From a virus (lineage: Duplodnaviria > Heunggongvirae > Uroviricota > Caudoviricetes): a DNA stretch of 64,000 nucleotides. Shown here one piece after another: positions 17,029-27,310 of the stretch; position 1 is the stretch's first letter, and every line of letters begins with the position of its first letter. The notes under the pieces were generated by a model. That model did no database searches and had not been told where the DNA came from. It worked only from the letters and a program-made list of their open reading frames with translations. The stretch is from positions 64,001 to 128,000 of the IMG/VR virus record IMGVR_UViG_3300044878_000059. One strand, 5' to 3'. The position numbers and the translations under genes are program-made.

Positions 17029-20013
17029 ATGGCACAATCACCGGCAGTAGAACAGATTCGTATCAAAAATGTCGCGGGTACTTACATTCTTATCGAATGG
17101 GATGACCTAGGCGGCATTTTCACCTACGAAATTCAGAAGTCGGCCAACGGGGGTGGATACATCCTCGCTGACTTCACAGCAACACCGGGGTTCTTTGATC
17201 AGCACGCATCCCCGAATACAAACTATGTCTACCGTGTGCGTGCTGTTTCATCTGATTATTCCCCAAGCGAATGGACGTATTCGGATGAATTCAAAACCTA
17301 TCCGAACAACTCATATGCGGTAGTTGCACAAAGTTCCGTAAGCATTTACAAGAACTTCATCGACCGCAAGTTGACGAACGCTGATGATTTCATCAACTTC
17401 AACCGCGATCAGGTTCAAGGTGTATTGATCCGTGAAGGTTATACCTTCAACAATGCCCACACCAACATCGCGGATTTGGATGCATACCGACTGTTCGAAG
17501 ATGAAGCCCTGAAAATCTACGGCGACACTTCGGCAGCATGTGGTGACCGTAAGAAACTGATGCCGGTAGTCTTCAATGGTTACCTGTTCATGTTCGAACG
17601 TTACCAGTCGATTGTTCGCTACTCACAAAACCACGCACAGTCTTGGATTTCCCACAAGGGTATTCCGGGCCGTGCCGGTAACCCGGTTGGTGACCAAATC
17701 GCGGCTTGCTCGAACTCAGCCCTTTATATCATTGGCTACGACGGGATTTATGCCCTGACGTTCAACACTGATATTCGCTGGTCATCGATCCATGACAATT
17801 TCAGTTCTGTTGATACCACGTTCTCGCCGGGTAAACTCGGTGGGTTCCGATTCTCCAAACTGATTGATCTTCCACCGGGCGTTGGCTTGGGTGGGGTTGA
17901 TGCAATTGCAATCTCGGAAGACTTCAAGAAATTGTATGTTGCTGCGTATGATACAATTCACTCGTTGAATTTGATTACCCTGAACCTTGACGCCGAAGGC
18001 AATCGTTCTTGGGATGCTGCAACGATTCGTGTAACCGGCAACGGTAACGCCAAGGTCAAGAACCTGATCGGCTTCTACGGCGACGTTTATGCCTATGTGT
18101 CTGGTGTTGCAAACGTCACAACCGGTGATATCGAACCGAACGCTTTGGAAGGTATCTACAAGATCGCTGGTAACCTGACCAGTTCGACCCGAGTTTACGG
18201 TAACGCTGCACATGAACGCGATTTGCTTGATCCGTATGTATCAAACATGTCTAGATCGCCTGATGCACTTTGCATTGATACATTGAACAACCAATACAGC
18301 GTGGTTGACAGCCCGAGTGAAATCGACGATGCCACTCCGGGGTATGATGCAAATGAAGTTGACCCGGAACGTGTTGATCACGCATCGAGATATGAAGTTG
18401 ACCCGGCAATTGTGACATCCAATGTTCGACCATACCGCCAGCCAATTAGATCGAATGATGGAACAACTTGGTTCGCCCAAGAAGAAAACTATCACTACGA
18501 ATCGCAATACAACTGGTACAACGGTAACCGTATCTGGGTTAACTACCGCCAGAAGCTTTGTATCATTGAAACCCGCAAGGATTTCGAGTACACCTTTACC
18601 AACACATCCGAAGTTCTGGATAACGGTAAGTTCAGCTTCTACGGTGATTCGTTCAGCATTGCGGATTATCCGGGTTATACAATCGGGATGGCATTCTACC
18701 GCAAGGACAACGGCGACCTGATCGGGTTCTATAACCTAGGCTACCGTACTCGCGATAGAGCAACGTTTACATGGATTCCTGATCGCATGATTCTGACTGC
18801 GGTTCTAGCGTCCAATGAGATTGATATAATCGAACCAGAGCCGGTTCCAGACAATGAGTCGGATATTATCCCACCGTTGGAGCCAATGGTTTACCAGTTC
18901 TTGCCATCGCACTTCATTCAAAACGAGCCGCTGTATGTGGAATTCGTCAATGAATACTTGAAGTTCCTGTCAAGTGACAACGGTTCTGATTACGGCCAGT
19001 TGTACAACCTGTTGCGCAACCATGACGTGAATGAAACAGCCTACATGGAAATGTTCCACAACGACATGGCAAAACGTAACGTGTATCTGGAAAAGGACAA
19101 GTGGACTGAACTGTTGCGATTCAGCAACAACCGCGCATTCGATATCTACTCTATCAAGGGTATTAAGGAAGCGTACACGTTCCTGTTCAAGTTCCTGTAC
19201 AACGAGGATGTGATTCTATCGACTGAAAGCGATTCGAAGTATGAATTTGACATTGTGATTGATTCTTCAACCCTGACTACAGACTTGGTTGGTAACAGAA
19301 TCAGAACCGCAAGTCGTTCTGGTCAAGCTGATGTTGTGTACTACGAACGTTATTTTGATGCAAACGGTAAAGCGTACTGGCAAGTGACTCTAAATAACAT
19401 TGTCGGTGAGTTTGTAATCGGGGATGTTTTAATCTCTGATGTTGCTCCGGGCTTCACAGGAACTGTGTTCCGTGGTGTTACCGGTAAAGAAAAACCACTG
19501 AACAACGAGGATTACTTGCAACGTGGGCCGACCTATTACGCAATCTCTGTACAATCGGGACTTCAAGTTTCCAAGTACAAGGATGACGCAATCAGGTTCG
19601 TACACCCGGTAGGATTTGGTTTCATCGGTATCATGCTGATTTCCATGTTCATCAACTCCGGTGTATCCGCTTCGCACAAAGAAACTATCGTCGATTTGCT
19701 TCAAACTCTGAAATGGAACATGGGTCTACCAAAAGTTTACCCTGATGAAATCCCAGACTTGAACACCGATGGTTCATACAAAACAGACAAGTACGGCGTT
19801 ATCCAGTACAAACCGCACCCGCAAGCAGGGCAGGCATTCCCGTTGACACCAACGTACATGGCTGACAACCCAACTATTGTGGACGGTCAGGACGCGAACC
19901 AACGTCGTAAAGGCTCGTATCTGTTCGATAGCTCGAACATGCGATTCATCGAAACCAGAAAAATCGTCAAAGGTCGTCTGAAAGACGGTCTAAGTCAGAG
20001 GAAAGATTCTTAA
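17029..20013 (+). CDS. 7: baseplate wedge initiator (T4 gp7)
   Basis: 994 aa, FN3-like N-terminus, KGIKEAYTFLFKFLYNEDV, HPVGFGFIG. Confidence 0.9.
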   Translation: MAQSPAVEQIRIKNVAGTYILIEWDDLGGIFTYEIQKSANGGGYILADFTATPGFFDQHASPNTNYVYRVRAVSSDYSPSEWTYSDEFKTYPNNSYAVVAQSSVSIYKNFIDRKLTNADDFINFNRDQVQGVLIREGYTFNNAHTNIADLDAYRLFEDEALKIYGDTSAACGDRKKLMPVVFNGYLFMFERYQSIVRYSQNHAQSWISHKGIPGRAGNPVGDQIAACSNSALYIIGYDGIYALTFNTDIRWSSIHDNFSSVDTTFSPGKLGGFRFSKLIDLPPGVGLGGVDAIAISEDFKKLYVAAYDTIHSLNLITLNLDAEGNRSWDAATIRVTGNGNAKVKNLIGFYGDVYAYVSGVANVTTGDIEPNALEGIYKIAGNLTSSTRVYGNAAHERDLLDPYVSNMSRSPDALCIDTLNNQYSVVDSPSEIDDATPGYDANEVDPERVDHASRYEVDPAIVTSNVRPYRQPIRSNDGTTWFAQEENYHYESQYNWYNGNRIWVNYRQKLCIIETRKDFEYTFTNTSEVLDNGKFSFYGDSFSIADYPGYTIGMAFYRKDNGDLIGFYNLGYRTRDRATFTWIPDRMILTAVLASNEIDIIEPEPVPDNESDIIPPLEPMVYQFLPSHFIQNEPLYVEFVNEYLKFLSSDNGSDYGQLYNLLRNHDVNETAYMEMFHNDMAKRNVYLEKDKWTELLRFSNNRAFDIYSIKGIKEAYTFLFKFLYNEDVILSTESDSKYEFDIVIDSSTLTTDLVGNRIRTASRSGQADVVYYERYFDANGKAYWQVTLNNIVGEFVIGDVLISDVAPGFTGTVFRGVTGKEKPLNNEDYLQRGPTYYAISVQSGLQVSKYKDDAIRFVHPVGFGFIGIMLISMFINSGVSASHKETIVDLLQTLKWNMGLPKVYPDEIPDLNTDGSYKTDKYGVIQYKPHPQAGQAFPLTPTYMADNPTIVDGQDANQRRKGSYLFDSSNMRFIETRKIVKGRLKDGLSQRKDS

Positions 20014-21014
20014 TGGCAGTTATCTACAGAGGCATTGTTACCCCCAAGTTCCGTACAAAAGCAATGCTTAACTTCATTGACGGGATCGGGGATACGGCTG
20101 ACGCTAACACTTACTACATGGCATTCGGGAGGAAGACCCCTTGGTCTTCCTACGAAACCAGTTCCTATTTCAAACCACCTTACCCAGTAACTGATAATAC
20201 CGGTGAAGCGGCATTGTGGGATGACATGTTAGGTTTGATTAAAATCGCGAAGCCGTCATGGATTCCGGTTATTATCCGCAAGGACTGGGGCAACCCGCAA
20301 CTTGGGGCAGAGGGTCGAATCTTCCAAGTCAATGATGTTGTTATTGTGAACTCGTTAACCGGTGTGAACGAATTCGATACTTCGGATTCTGGCTACATGG
20401 TTTATCGCTGTGTACAAATCCCAGACTCTGGGGCATGTAACATTACATCGATTGGTGCTAAGAACGAATGTATCAAAGCCGGTGGTGTTTGGACTCCAAG
20501 CGCAACGCCCGGTGAATACATTAACATTCCGAAAGGCAAACAATCGGCAATCAATACGCAAGATGGTTATTTGTGGGATTACCTGTACACCATTCCGCCT
20601 GATGAAGTTATCAACTCGACGAACGAGGATTACATTGTAGTCCCTACGCCGGAACAGATTGAAGCCGATCCAGCTAAATGGGGTCTAGCGAACGTCAACC
20701 CATCTAACCAAATCAACCGATTGATCTACGATGTGGCCTGTAGTTCTCTAATGGGCTATGTACGTTTAACCGACAAAGACTTCACCGATACCAACAGACC
20801 GGGTAACACCGGGTATCGTCAGTTGGCAATCATCGTGAACCCGTTGGAAGCGAAAGCAAGTCCCGGCCAACCCGATGTTAAGGCAACTGATTACACCTAC
20901 TACCCGAAAGATATTTTGGTTGAGTCTGGTGAAGTTCTGTACATGGAAAACCGCCCGCCGATCTATCGTTCTAGCGATCAGACCGAACTTATCAGAATTA
21001 TTTTGAGCTTCTAA
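20013..21014 (+). CDS. 8: baseplate wedge subunit (T4 gp8)
   Basis: IYRGIVTPKFRT, DGYLWDYLYTIPP, SGEVLYMENRPPI. Confidence 0.93.
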   Translation: MAVIYRGIVTPKFRTKAMLNFIDGIGDTADANTYYMAFGRKTPWSSYETSSYFKPPYPVTDNTGEAALWDDMLGLIKIAKPSWIPVIIRKDWGNPQLGAEGRIFQVNDVVIVNSLTGVNEFDTSDSGYMVYRCVQIPDSGACNITSIGAKNECIKAGGVWTPSATPGEYINIPKGKQSAINTQDGYLWDYLYTIPPDEVINSTNEDYIVVPTPEQIEADPAKWGLANVNPSNQINRLIYDVACSSLMGYVRLTDKDFTDTNRPGNTGYRQLAIIVNPLEAKASPGQPDVKATDYTYYPKDILVESGEVLYMENRPPIYRSSDQTELIRIILSF

Positions 21015-21016
21015 GA

Positions 21017-21826
21017 ATGAGTAAAGACTTAATTAACACAGGGGTTGCCGGTGATGCTACAACTGGCGACAACCTATTCACTGGTGGTAACAAAGCCAAC
21101 CAGATGTTTGAAGAAATTTATGATGCGTTTGGTAAGCAAGGTGCAAACCCACAGATTATCCACGCAACCGGATACTGGCAATCTCCAACCCGATCATCCT
21201 TCACCTTTCCACTATCTGCGGGTTCCCAAGTAAACGTTGATACCCGGAACGGTTCGTTGGTTGTGAAACTTCCAAACGGTAAATTGGGTGAAATCGTTCG
21301 TATCCGTGATATCTACGGTTCGTGGACTAACTCCCCAATTACTGTACGCCCTGACGGTCTGGAAAAGATCGACGGCGGATTGGGCGATATCGTTTTCGGT
21401 ATTGCATTCTCCGAAGTAACTTTCGTCTGTATCGACGATACTGTTGGCTCTGTCAACTGGACATATTCATTGCGTCTGTTGAACGAACGTGAATTACGTT
21501 TGATCGATAAGACTTTTGTACTAACACCAGCAACTCCAGCTACTTACGTTATCGGGCCTACCAGCTCGTTTGCGTCTGCCAAGCTCCTGATTACAGGGTT
21601 GCAACAAAGTGGCGGTACATCTGTCACGTCTTCTGAAATTCACTTAGCTCAAGATGGTACGACCCATGTTTATACTGAATCCGCGTTACTTGGCACCGGC
21701 GCTTCTCGCGTATACGATGTTGATTTTTCTATACAGTCGGGCAATGTTCTGATGACGCTTTCCACAACTCTGACACAAGTTAAAGTGCAGGTTCGATCAA
21801 CTGATTTCACCAAAATTCTTATCTGA
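21017..21826 (+). CDS. 9: baseplate wedge / long tail fibre connector (T4 gp9)
   Basis: LINTGVAGDATTGDNLFTGGNKAN; gp9/gp10 N-terminal motif. Confidence 0.88.
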   Translation: MSKDLINTGVAGDATTGDNLFTGGNKANQMFEEIYDAFGKQGANPQIIHATGYWQSPTRSSFTFPLSAGSQVNVDTRNGSLVVKLPNGKLGEIVRIRDIYGSWTNSPITVRPDGLEKIDGGLGDIVFGIAFSEVTFVCIDDTVGSVNWTYSLRLLNERELRLIDKTFVLTPATPATYVIGPTSSFASAKLLITGLQQSGGTSVTSSEIHLAQDGTTHVYTESALLGTGASRVYDVDFSIQSGNVLMTLSTTLTQVKVQVRSTDFTKILI

Positions 21827-21849
21827 TAAGTAAGGTAAGAGGATATAAG

Positions 21850-23616
21850 ATGACAAAGCAATTAATCAATTTGGGTGCTGCTGTTGACGATTCTACCGGC
21901 GATTACTTGCGTCAAGGTGGACAGAAGATCAACGCAAACTTCACCGAAACATTTGACCAGTTGGGTGACGGTGCAGCACTTCACCCAGCCGGGGCATGGA
22001 AAACTTGGGCCGTTGCAAACGGTCAAAGCCTGACACCGGTATTCGGTTCTCAGTACAACTTGAACACTCTTAGCGGTGGCTTGTCGATCACGCTTCCTAA
22101 AGGCTCTCCGGCTGATTACGGGCGTGTTATCAAGCTACGCGACGTACATGCTTCATGGGGAACTAACGCAGTCTCTATCCGCCCTACAAGCGGTGACAGC
22201 CTAGGTGGTTCGACCAACCCGATTAGTTTCGCATCCGACTTCACATCGTTGGAGTTCGTGTATAGCTCGCCTGCAACATGGCGTTATATCTCGAACGTGA
22301 AACTGGACAGTCTGCCAAAAACAGATGGTGCAGGTGTTATCGTGGCGACTTACAAGGTCGTTGGTAACGAAAGCCCAATCGGACGATTCCAAAACATCAG
22401 CCCAACTGGTTACAACACCAGTGCTGTGCAGGTATATCGAAACGGTACTTTGCTGACTTACGACAAGGTAATTGCAAACTCCGACTACGGTTCTTACTCT
22501 GCCGGTGGTATGGTTGTTCTAAACGGTATCGACATTTACATTCCATATGCAATTGCCGGTGACGTAATTACAATCATCAGTTACACCAAGGATGTAACGG
22601 CGGCTCCAGTTTCGTATATCCGTTATGACGTTATGATGTTGGCTGCTGATAACCCAGTTGCTGCGGTTCCGGGTCAATCCCTGAAAATCAAAGCGGGTGG
22701 TGTTTACACAGTCCAAGACTTCGGTAGACCAAGTGACGAACAACTAAACCCGAACGCCTGTCAGATTATTCTGAACGGTACGATTCTATTGGAATCCGGT
22801 TCGGCTGGTTTGAACCCTGCGGCTAATGAAGACTACAAGTTGTCGGCTGACGGCCTAGGTCGTTGGAACACAATTACCATTTCCCCTGATCTAGAAGACG
22901 GTGACAACCTGACTCTGATCTATTTCAACAACGAACTTGGTTCGATCTTGGAATGGGATGGTGTGGATGGTATCAAGTCCAGAGCCTCACAGATTTTCTT
23001 GAACACTGAATATCGTTTCAACCGTTCATCCAAAATCCGTTACACCGATGTCAACGTTCCAAACGCGGCAACTGCTACAACTGTTCCGGGTACTGAAACA
23101 AACATTCGATTCGAAAACGTAATCCAGTTGCTGGAATCGATTTATCCAGTCGGCACCGTTTACACCAACGCCAACAACCCGGCGAACCCGGCGTTGTACA
23201 TGGGCTTCGGTACATGGAAGCCGTATGCACAAGGTAGATCGGTATTTGGTTTCGCAAGTGCATTGGATAACCAAGGTAACCCAGACCCACTGTTTGGTAT
23301 CAACACTGCGGTTGTCGATGAAGCTGGTAAGCCACTGAAACTGGCAGGTAACTTGATTGGTAAACGCCAAGTTCAATTGACCGACGAAAACATCCCTGAA
23401 CTGGAAAGTACACGCGAATACATGCGTGAGGCTGCCAGCGGTGAAATCAACCTTTCCGGTTGTATTCCATTGCCGGGTGATGGTACTGCGCCACTGGCGA
23501 CGTATGAACTCGCTACAGTCAAAGTGAACTCCCCAGAAACTGCGGGTCAAGAACCATCTGACGTTGAAATTATTCCACCGGGCATCACTGCTTATATTTG
23601 GGTACGGGTAGCATAA
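21850..23616 (+). CDS. 10: baseplate wedge subunit and tail pin (T4 gp10)
   Basis: KQLINLGAAVDDSTGDYLRQGGQKIN, IYPVGTVY...NPANP...GFGTW. Confidence 0.93.
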   Translation: MTKQLINLGAAVDDSTGDYLRQGGQKINANFTETFDQLGDGAALHPAGAWKTWAVANGQSLTPVFGSQYNLNTLSGGLSITLPKGSPADYGRVIKLRDVHASWGTNAVSIRPTSGDSLGGSTNPISFASDFTSLEFVYSSPATWRYISNVKLDSLPKTDGAGVIVATYKVVGNESPIGRFQNISPTGYNTSAVQVYRNGTLLTYDKVIANSDYGSYSAGGMVVLNGIDIYIPYAIAGDVITIISYTKDVTAAPVSYIRYDVMMLAADNPVAAVPGQSLKIKAGGVYTVQDFGRPSDEQLNPNACQIILNGTILLESGSAGLNPAANEDYKLSADGLGRWNTITISPDLEDGDNLTLIYFNNELGSILEWDGVDGIKSRASQIFLNTEYRFNRSSKIRYTDVNVPNAATATTVPGTETNIRFENVIQLLESIYPVGTVYTNANNPANPALYMGFGTWKPYAQGRSVFGFASALDNQGNPDPLFGINTAVVDEAGKPLKLAGNLIGKRQVQLTDENIPELESTREYMREAASGEINLSGCIPLPGDGTAPLATYELATVKVNSPETAGQEPSDVEIIPPGITAYIWVRVA

Positions 23617-23617
23617 G

Positions 23618-24226
23618 ATGAGTCAAAACAGAAAAGCCGCTGGTGTTGTAGAACATACAGCGGACTTCGCCACATTCAATCAGTCCCGTACCGGTGGTGT
23701 AATCGGTAACGCAACCGCTACTCAAATCAGTAGCGGTTACGACCAACCAAACGTACAGTCCGCGATTGATGATATGTGGGAGAAGGCGTTAGTTATTCCG
23801 GGTACTGTGTATCAAACCGTTAGTGCTGTTGACCCGTCAGTTGCACCAACTGTTCTGAAATCCCAGATCGTTCAACTAACCATTGCCGGTACACCAACCG
23901 CAAACGGTAACCTAAACATTGCCGGTGTAACCATCGCTGTGCTGACTTCTGACAGCGCTACAGGGGTTGCAACAAAGGTGGCTGCGGCATTGGCTGCACA
24001 ATCGTTCATCACGTCTGCAACGACAACTGGTGCGGTTGTAACGTATACCTACGTGGATACCAACGCACATCCAGTCGATAACAAGGTTCAGAACGGCATT
24101 ACCATGTCCACCAAGGTAACACAATACGGCGGTAAGCCGGGTTACTTGGGTTACGGTTCTTGGGAACTGCTTGGGTCTGAGACTAAATATACCAGAACGA
24201 TTTATAGCTGGTTGAGGGTTGCTTAA
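23618..24226 (+). CDS. 11: baseplate wedge subunit (T4 gp11-like) with an internal insertion
   Basis: NVQSAIDD...IPGTV and C-terminal GYGSWELLG...IYSWLRVA. Confidence 0.75.
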   Translation: MSQNRKAAGVVEHTADFATFNQSRTGGVIGNATATQISSGYDQPNVQSAIDDMWEKALVIPGTVYQTVSAVDPSVAPTVLKSQIVQLTIAGTPTANGNLNIAGVTIAVLTSDSATGVATKVAAALAAQSFITSATTTGAVVTYTYVDTNAHPVDNKVQNGITMSTKVTQYGGKPGYLGYGSWELLGSETKYTRTIYSWLRVA

Positions 24227-24738
24227 TGGCAAACACAAGAGCAAAAGAGGTTTCGGAATCTTACAAAGGTATCGAAATCACATTTGATAAAACAATTGCG
24301 GGTGCGGTAGCCAAAGGCTTTGTCGCAACCGATGTACAGGCAGCAATCATTGAATCCAAACCGGTAGCGGCAAACACCGTTACCGTTGGTATTGTCCGTG
24401 GTGCAACTGATGCGGAAGCGGCTAACCAAGTCGCGGTAAACGCTTATGTGAACCCGGCTCAAGTATATGCCCGACTGTACAACTTCTGGGTAAGCACAAT
24501 CTACCCAGCAATTCCACCACCAACTACCTTGCCACCGGTTGTATACGGCGGTTCCGGTTCAGTTGAAACCATGGTTGCAGTATTTGCATCATACCCGAAC
24601 GGCTCCATTGTTGTATTCGATGAATACTACACATATGAAGTAGGCTGGGGTAATGGTTCTTCTTGGGTAGGTGGGTATCGTAGACGAACAATCACAAGAA
24701 CAAGCAACGCCGGTTGGCAGTTCCTGCACTTTGCATAA
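24226..24738 (+). CDS. very short tail-fibre-like protein (gp12 position)
   Basis: TDVQAAI motif and one fibre repeat GIVRGATDAEAAN...VNPAQ; only 170 aa. Confidence 0.6.
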   Translation: MANTRAKEVSESYKGIEITFDKTIAGAVAKGFVATDVQAAIIESKPVAANTVTVGIVRGATDAEAANQVAVNAYVNPAQVYARLYNFWVSTIYPAIPPPTTLPPVVYGGSGSVETMVAVFASYPNGSIVVFDEYYTYEVGWGNGSSWVGGYRRRTITRTSNAGWQFLHFA

Positions 24739-24747
24739 TGGTGAAAT

Positions 24748-25347
24748 ATGACTGATGAACAAACAGCTATCCAACAGGCCACCACACTAACAGAAATGTT
24801 GGCTTCGGTGGTTCCGGTTGGAACGCAAAAGATGCTGGCAGTATTCAACCGTTACAGCAAAGCTTATTTCAATACCATTGGTATTGCCCAGCCGGAATAC
24901 TTGAATACCGACAACTTCATTTACATTGAAGTCGAAATCGATATCAAGACCCAGCGAATTGAAGGTACTGCTGACAGTTTCAAAATTGTTGACATCGCTA
25001 CTTCGGCAACCAAGATTTATGAAACACAAGTGAACAACCTGTGTAAATCAAAAATCTACAAGCGTTTCCAGTTGGAAGTTCAATTGGATATTCTTCGTAA
25101 AGCAGTTGCGCAACTATGCGAAGCCGCTGGCATTGTCAATGAAGAATTGCTGGACATGAACGAATACATCGACGACGTGAAAGCCGCGAACAAAACGATC
25201 AAAGCCGCTTACATCGCTAACCCTGACTTCCAGTTCATTACCATTGCACAGGAACAGGCCGAGCATGAAGCCAAGCTTGACGGTGGCTTGCATGAAGCCA
25301 TGGGGCCAGCCAACCTAGTTGGTCTTGGCTTGACGCTTGATCAATGA
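24748..25347 (+). CDS. hypothetical protein (possible fibre assembly factor)
   Basis: 199 aa ORF directly after the fibre gene. Confidence 0.7.
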   Translation: MTDEQTAIQQATTLTEMLASVVPVGTQKMLAVFNRYSKAYFNTIGIAQPEYLNTDNFIYIEVEIDIKTQRIEGTADSFKIVDIATSATKIYETQVNNLCKSKIYKRFQLEVQLDILRKAVAQLCEAAGIVNEELLDMNEYIDDVKAANKTIKAAYIANPDFQFITIAQEQAEHEAKLDGGLHEAMGPANLVGLGLTLDQ

Positions 25348-25838
25348 CCCTGCAAATAATTGAGTGCCCACAATTCACCACGGAATTCTGTGAGGAAATT
25401 GTGGGTGCATTCGATGCCTTCGAGAACAGACGATTTACCGACCGGTCGGAAGGGAACACCCTGTACAGAACTGTAGAACGTGTGAAAGCTCAATATCGTT
25501 CGATGGTCAATTTGGATATTCCAAAGGAACTCAGAGAAAAGTTGATCTTAGCTGCACCGAAATGTGGGAACTTCCTTGAAGAAGTGATTGTGAATAAATA
25601 TGAGCCGGGTGATTACATCCCGAAGCATATCGATTCGCATCAATACCCAAAGTTCTGTGTTGTTCCGTTAGTTGAAAATGGGGATGGTTTCTCTGCTTAC
25701 TTCGACGGGCCGAAAGGTGAAGAATCATTCTATGAAGATGTATTAGGGACTGGGATTCTCGTTACCGGCAACAAGCTGGTTCATGAAGTGAAACCGGTTA
25801 AACATAAACGCTATATAGTGTTGTACCTATACCTATGA
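25344..25838 (+). CDS. 2OG-Fe(II) oxygenase family protein
   Basis: VNKYEPGDYIPKHID (HxD), HEVKPV, KRY. Confidence 0.85.
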   Translation: MTLQIIECPQFTTEFCEEIVGAFDAFENRRFTDRSEGNTLYRTVERVKAQYRSMVNLDIPKELREKLILAAPKCGNFLEEVIVNKYEPGDYIPKHIDSHQYPKFCVVPLVENGDGFSAYFDGPKGEESFYEDVLGTGILVTGNKLVHEVKPVKHKRYIVLYLYL

Positions 25839-26311
25839 CAATTCATATCAAAGAAAAACATCTGACGAAAAAGAATGTTGCCGCTCTAGTAGAGATTGCA
25901 TCAAACGCTTCGTGGGATGAATCGACATCTATTCGTCGCAGAATGGGTGCAAATGGAATGGCTAATCCATCCATGTACAAAACGTGGAAGTGGTACAAGA
26001 TACCGCGTGCCTCAAAACCAACAATCATTGATGCAACGCCGAAGGGTGTGTGGGATAAAACATTCCTGTTCTTCTTCCGCAAGTATGATAAAGATGTCGG
26101 TTTACTGGACAAGATGAATAACTGGGTTGGAACCAAGAACACAATGAGTTTCGTTGCTGTTGCATTGGGTGTAAACCAGCAAATCATTATCGACGGTGAA
26201 CTGTTCATGCTTCAACCGGGCGATTCTATCAAATTCAACATCACTCACGAACATGAAGTTCCGAAAGTCAAAGAAGATAATCTTTGGGCTATCTGGATGG
26301 TCGCAGAGTAA
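25835..26311 (+). CDS. hypothetical cupin / degenerate 2OG-Fe(II)-like protein
   Basis: FFFRKY...LQPGDSIKF...HEHEVPKV pattern; first HxD not evident. Confidence 0.55.
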   Translation: MTIHIKEKHLTKKNVAALVEIASNASWDESTSIRRRMGANGMANPSMYKTWKWYKIPRASKPTIIDATPKGVWDKTFLFFFRKYDKDVGLLDKMNNWVGTKNTMSFVAVALGVNQQIIIDGELFMLQPGDSIKFNITHEHEVPKVKEDNLWAIWMVAE

Positions 26312-26316
26312 TTAAA

Positions 26317-26336
26317 GGGCCATATGGCCCTTTTTT
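26317..26336 (+). terminator. intrinsic terminator
   Basis: GGGCC-ATAT-GGCCC followed by TTTTTT. Confidence 0.8.
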
Positions 26337-26340
26337 CGTT

Positions 26341-26358
26341 TCTAAATAGCGCTAAATA
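26341..26358 (+). promoter_or_regulatory. tandem late promoter candidates for gene 13
   Basis: TCTAAATA and GCTAAATA. Confidence 0.6.
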
Positions 26359-26381
26359 CGTGTATCACTTGGGGAACTATA

Positions 26382-27308
26382 ATGGCTACAGCAAACACAC
26401 CCACACAACTAAAAAACATCATTCTTCAAAGATTGGGTTCCCCTGTTAACACGATTAACGTAACAGAACCCCAACTATACGAATGTATCGACCGCGCACT
26501 AGACCTGTACATTGACTATCACTTTGATGGAGTCAACAAAATGTATCTGGTTCGCACACTGACCACCGATGAAGCGGCATCAGGTTTAATCAATACCGGC
26601 GTGAAACTGCAATCGGTTACCCGCGTATTCCGTAACAACTTCGGCCTATCCAGTGGATGGACTGACGGATCGATCTATGACGCTGGCTGGCACACTGCGG
26701 CAGACCTGTTGAAAAACATGTCCGGCTCTATGGGTGGTTCCTCAAACGGTTCTATCTTTAGCGGCGGTGGCTATGGTCTGGCTCTGTACGATGCTTTCCA
26801 CCAGTACATGGAATTGCTGCAACGCTTTTTCAGCCCCGATTTCCAGTTCTGGTTTAACACCGACTCGAACAGCCTGAAAATCCTGAACGACGGCAACCTA
26901 CGCGAAGGCATGGTGGTTATCGTGGAATGCTACGTGGCTGCCGGGGTGTACGTCGATCAGAGTTATATCAATCAACCAGACGCTGATAGCGGCCTGTTTG
27001 TGACCAAGGCGACCCAGAACTACCACAACCCATACGCTTACACGATCCAAGGCACTACAGCCGATCCACAAGCCGGGGCAGTGTTCTTCAATCAGGGCAT
27101 CTACAACAACCGTTGGTTGAAAGACATGGCAACCGCCTATACCAAACTCCAATGGGGCACCAACTTGAAAAAGTTCAGTGGTCAACCATTGCCGGGTGGT
27201 GTGCAGATCAACGGCCAGCAAATGTACGATGAAGCGAACGCTGAAATTATCGAACTGCGCAAGGAACTGATGTTGCTGTCTGAACCACTTCCGTTCTACT
27301 TGGAGTAA
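26382..27308 (+). CDS. 13: neck protein (T4 gp13)
   Basis: LKNIILQRLGSPVNTINVTEPQL, QWGTNLKKF, PGGVQING. Confidence 0.93.
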   Translation: MATANTPTQLKNIILQRLGSPVNTINVTEPQLYECIDRALDLYIDYHFDGVNKMYLVRTLTTDEAASGLINTGVKLQSVTRVFRNNFGLSSGWTDGSIYDAGWHTAADLLKNMSGSMGGSSNGSIFSGGGYGLALYDAFHQYMELLQRFFSPDFQFWFNTDSNSLKILNDGNLREGMVVIVECYVAAGVYVDQSYINQPDADSGLFVTKATQNYHNPYAYTIQGTTADPQAGAVFFNQGIYNNRWLKDMATAYTKLQWGTNLKKFSGQPLPGGVQINGQQMYDEANAEIIELRKELMLLSEPLPFYLE

Positions 27309-27310
27309 TC

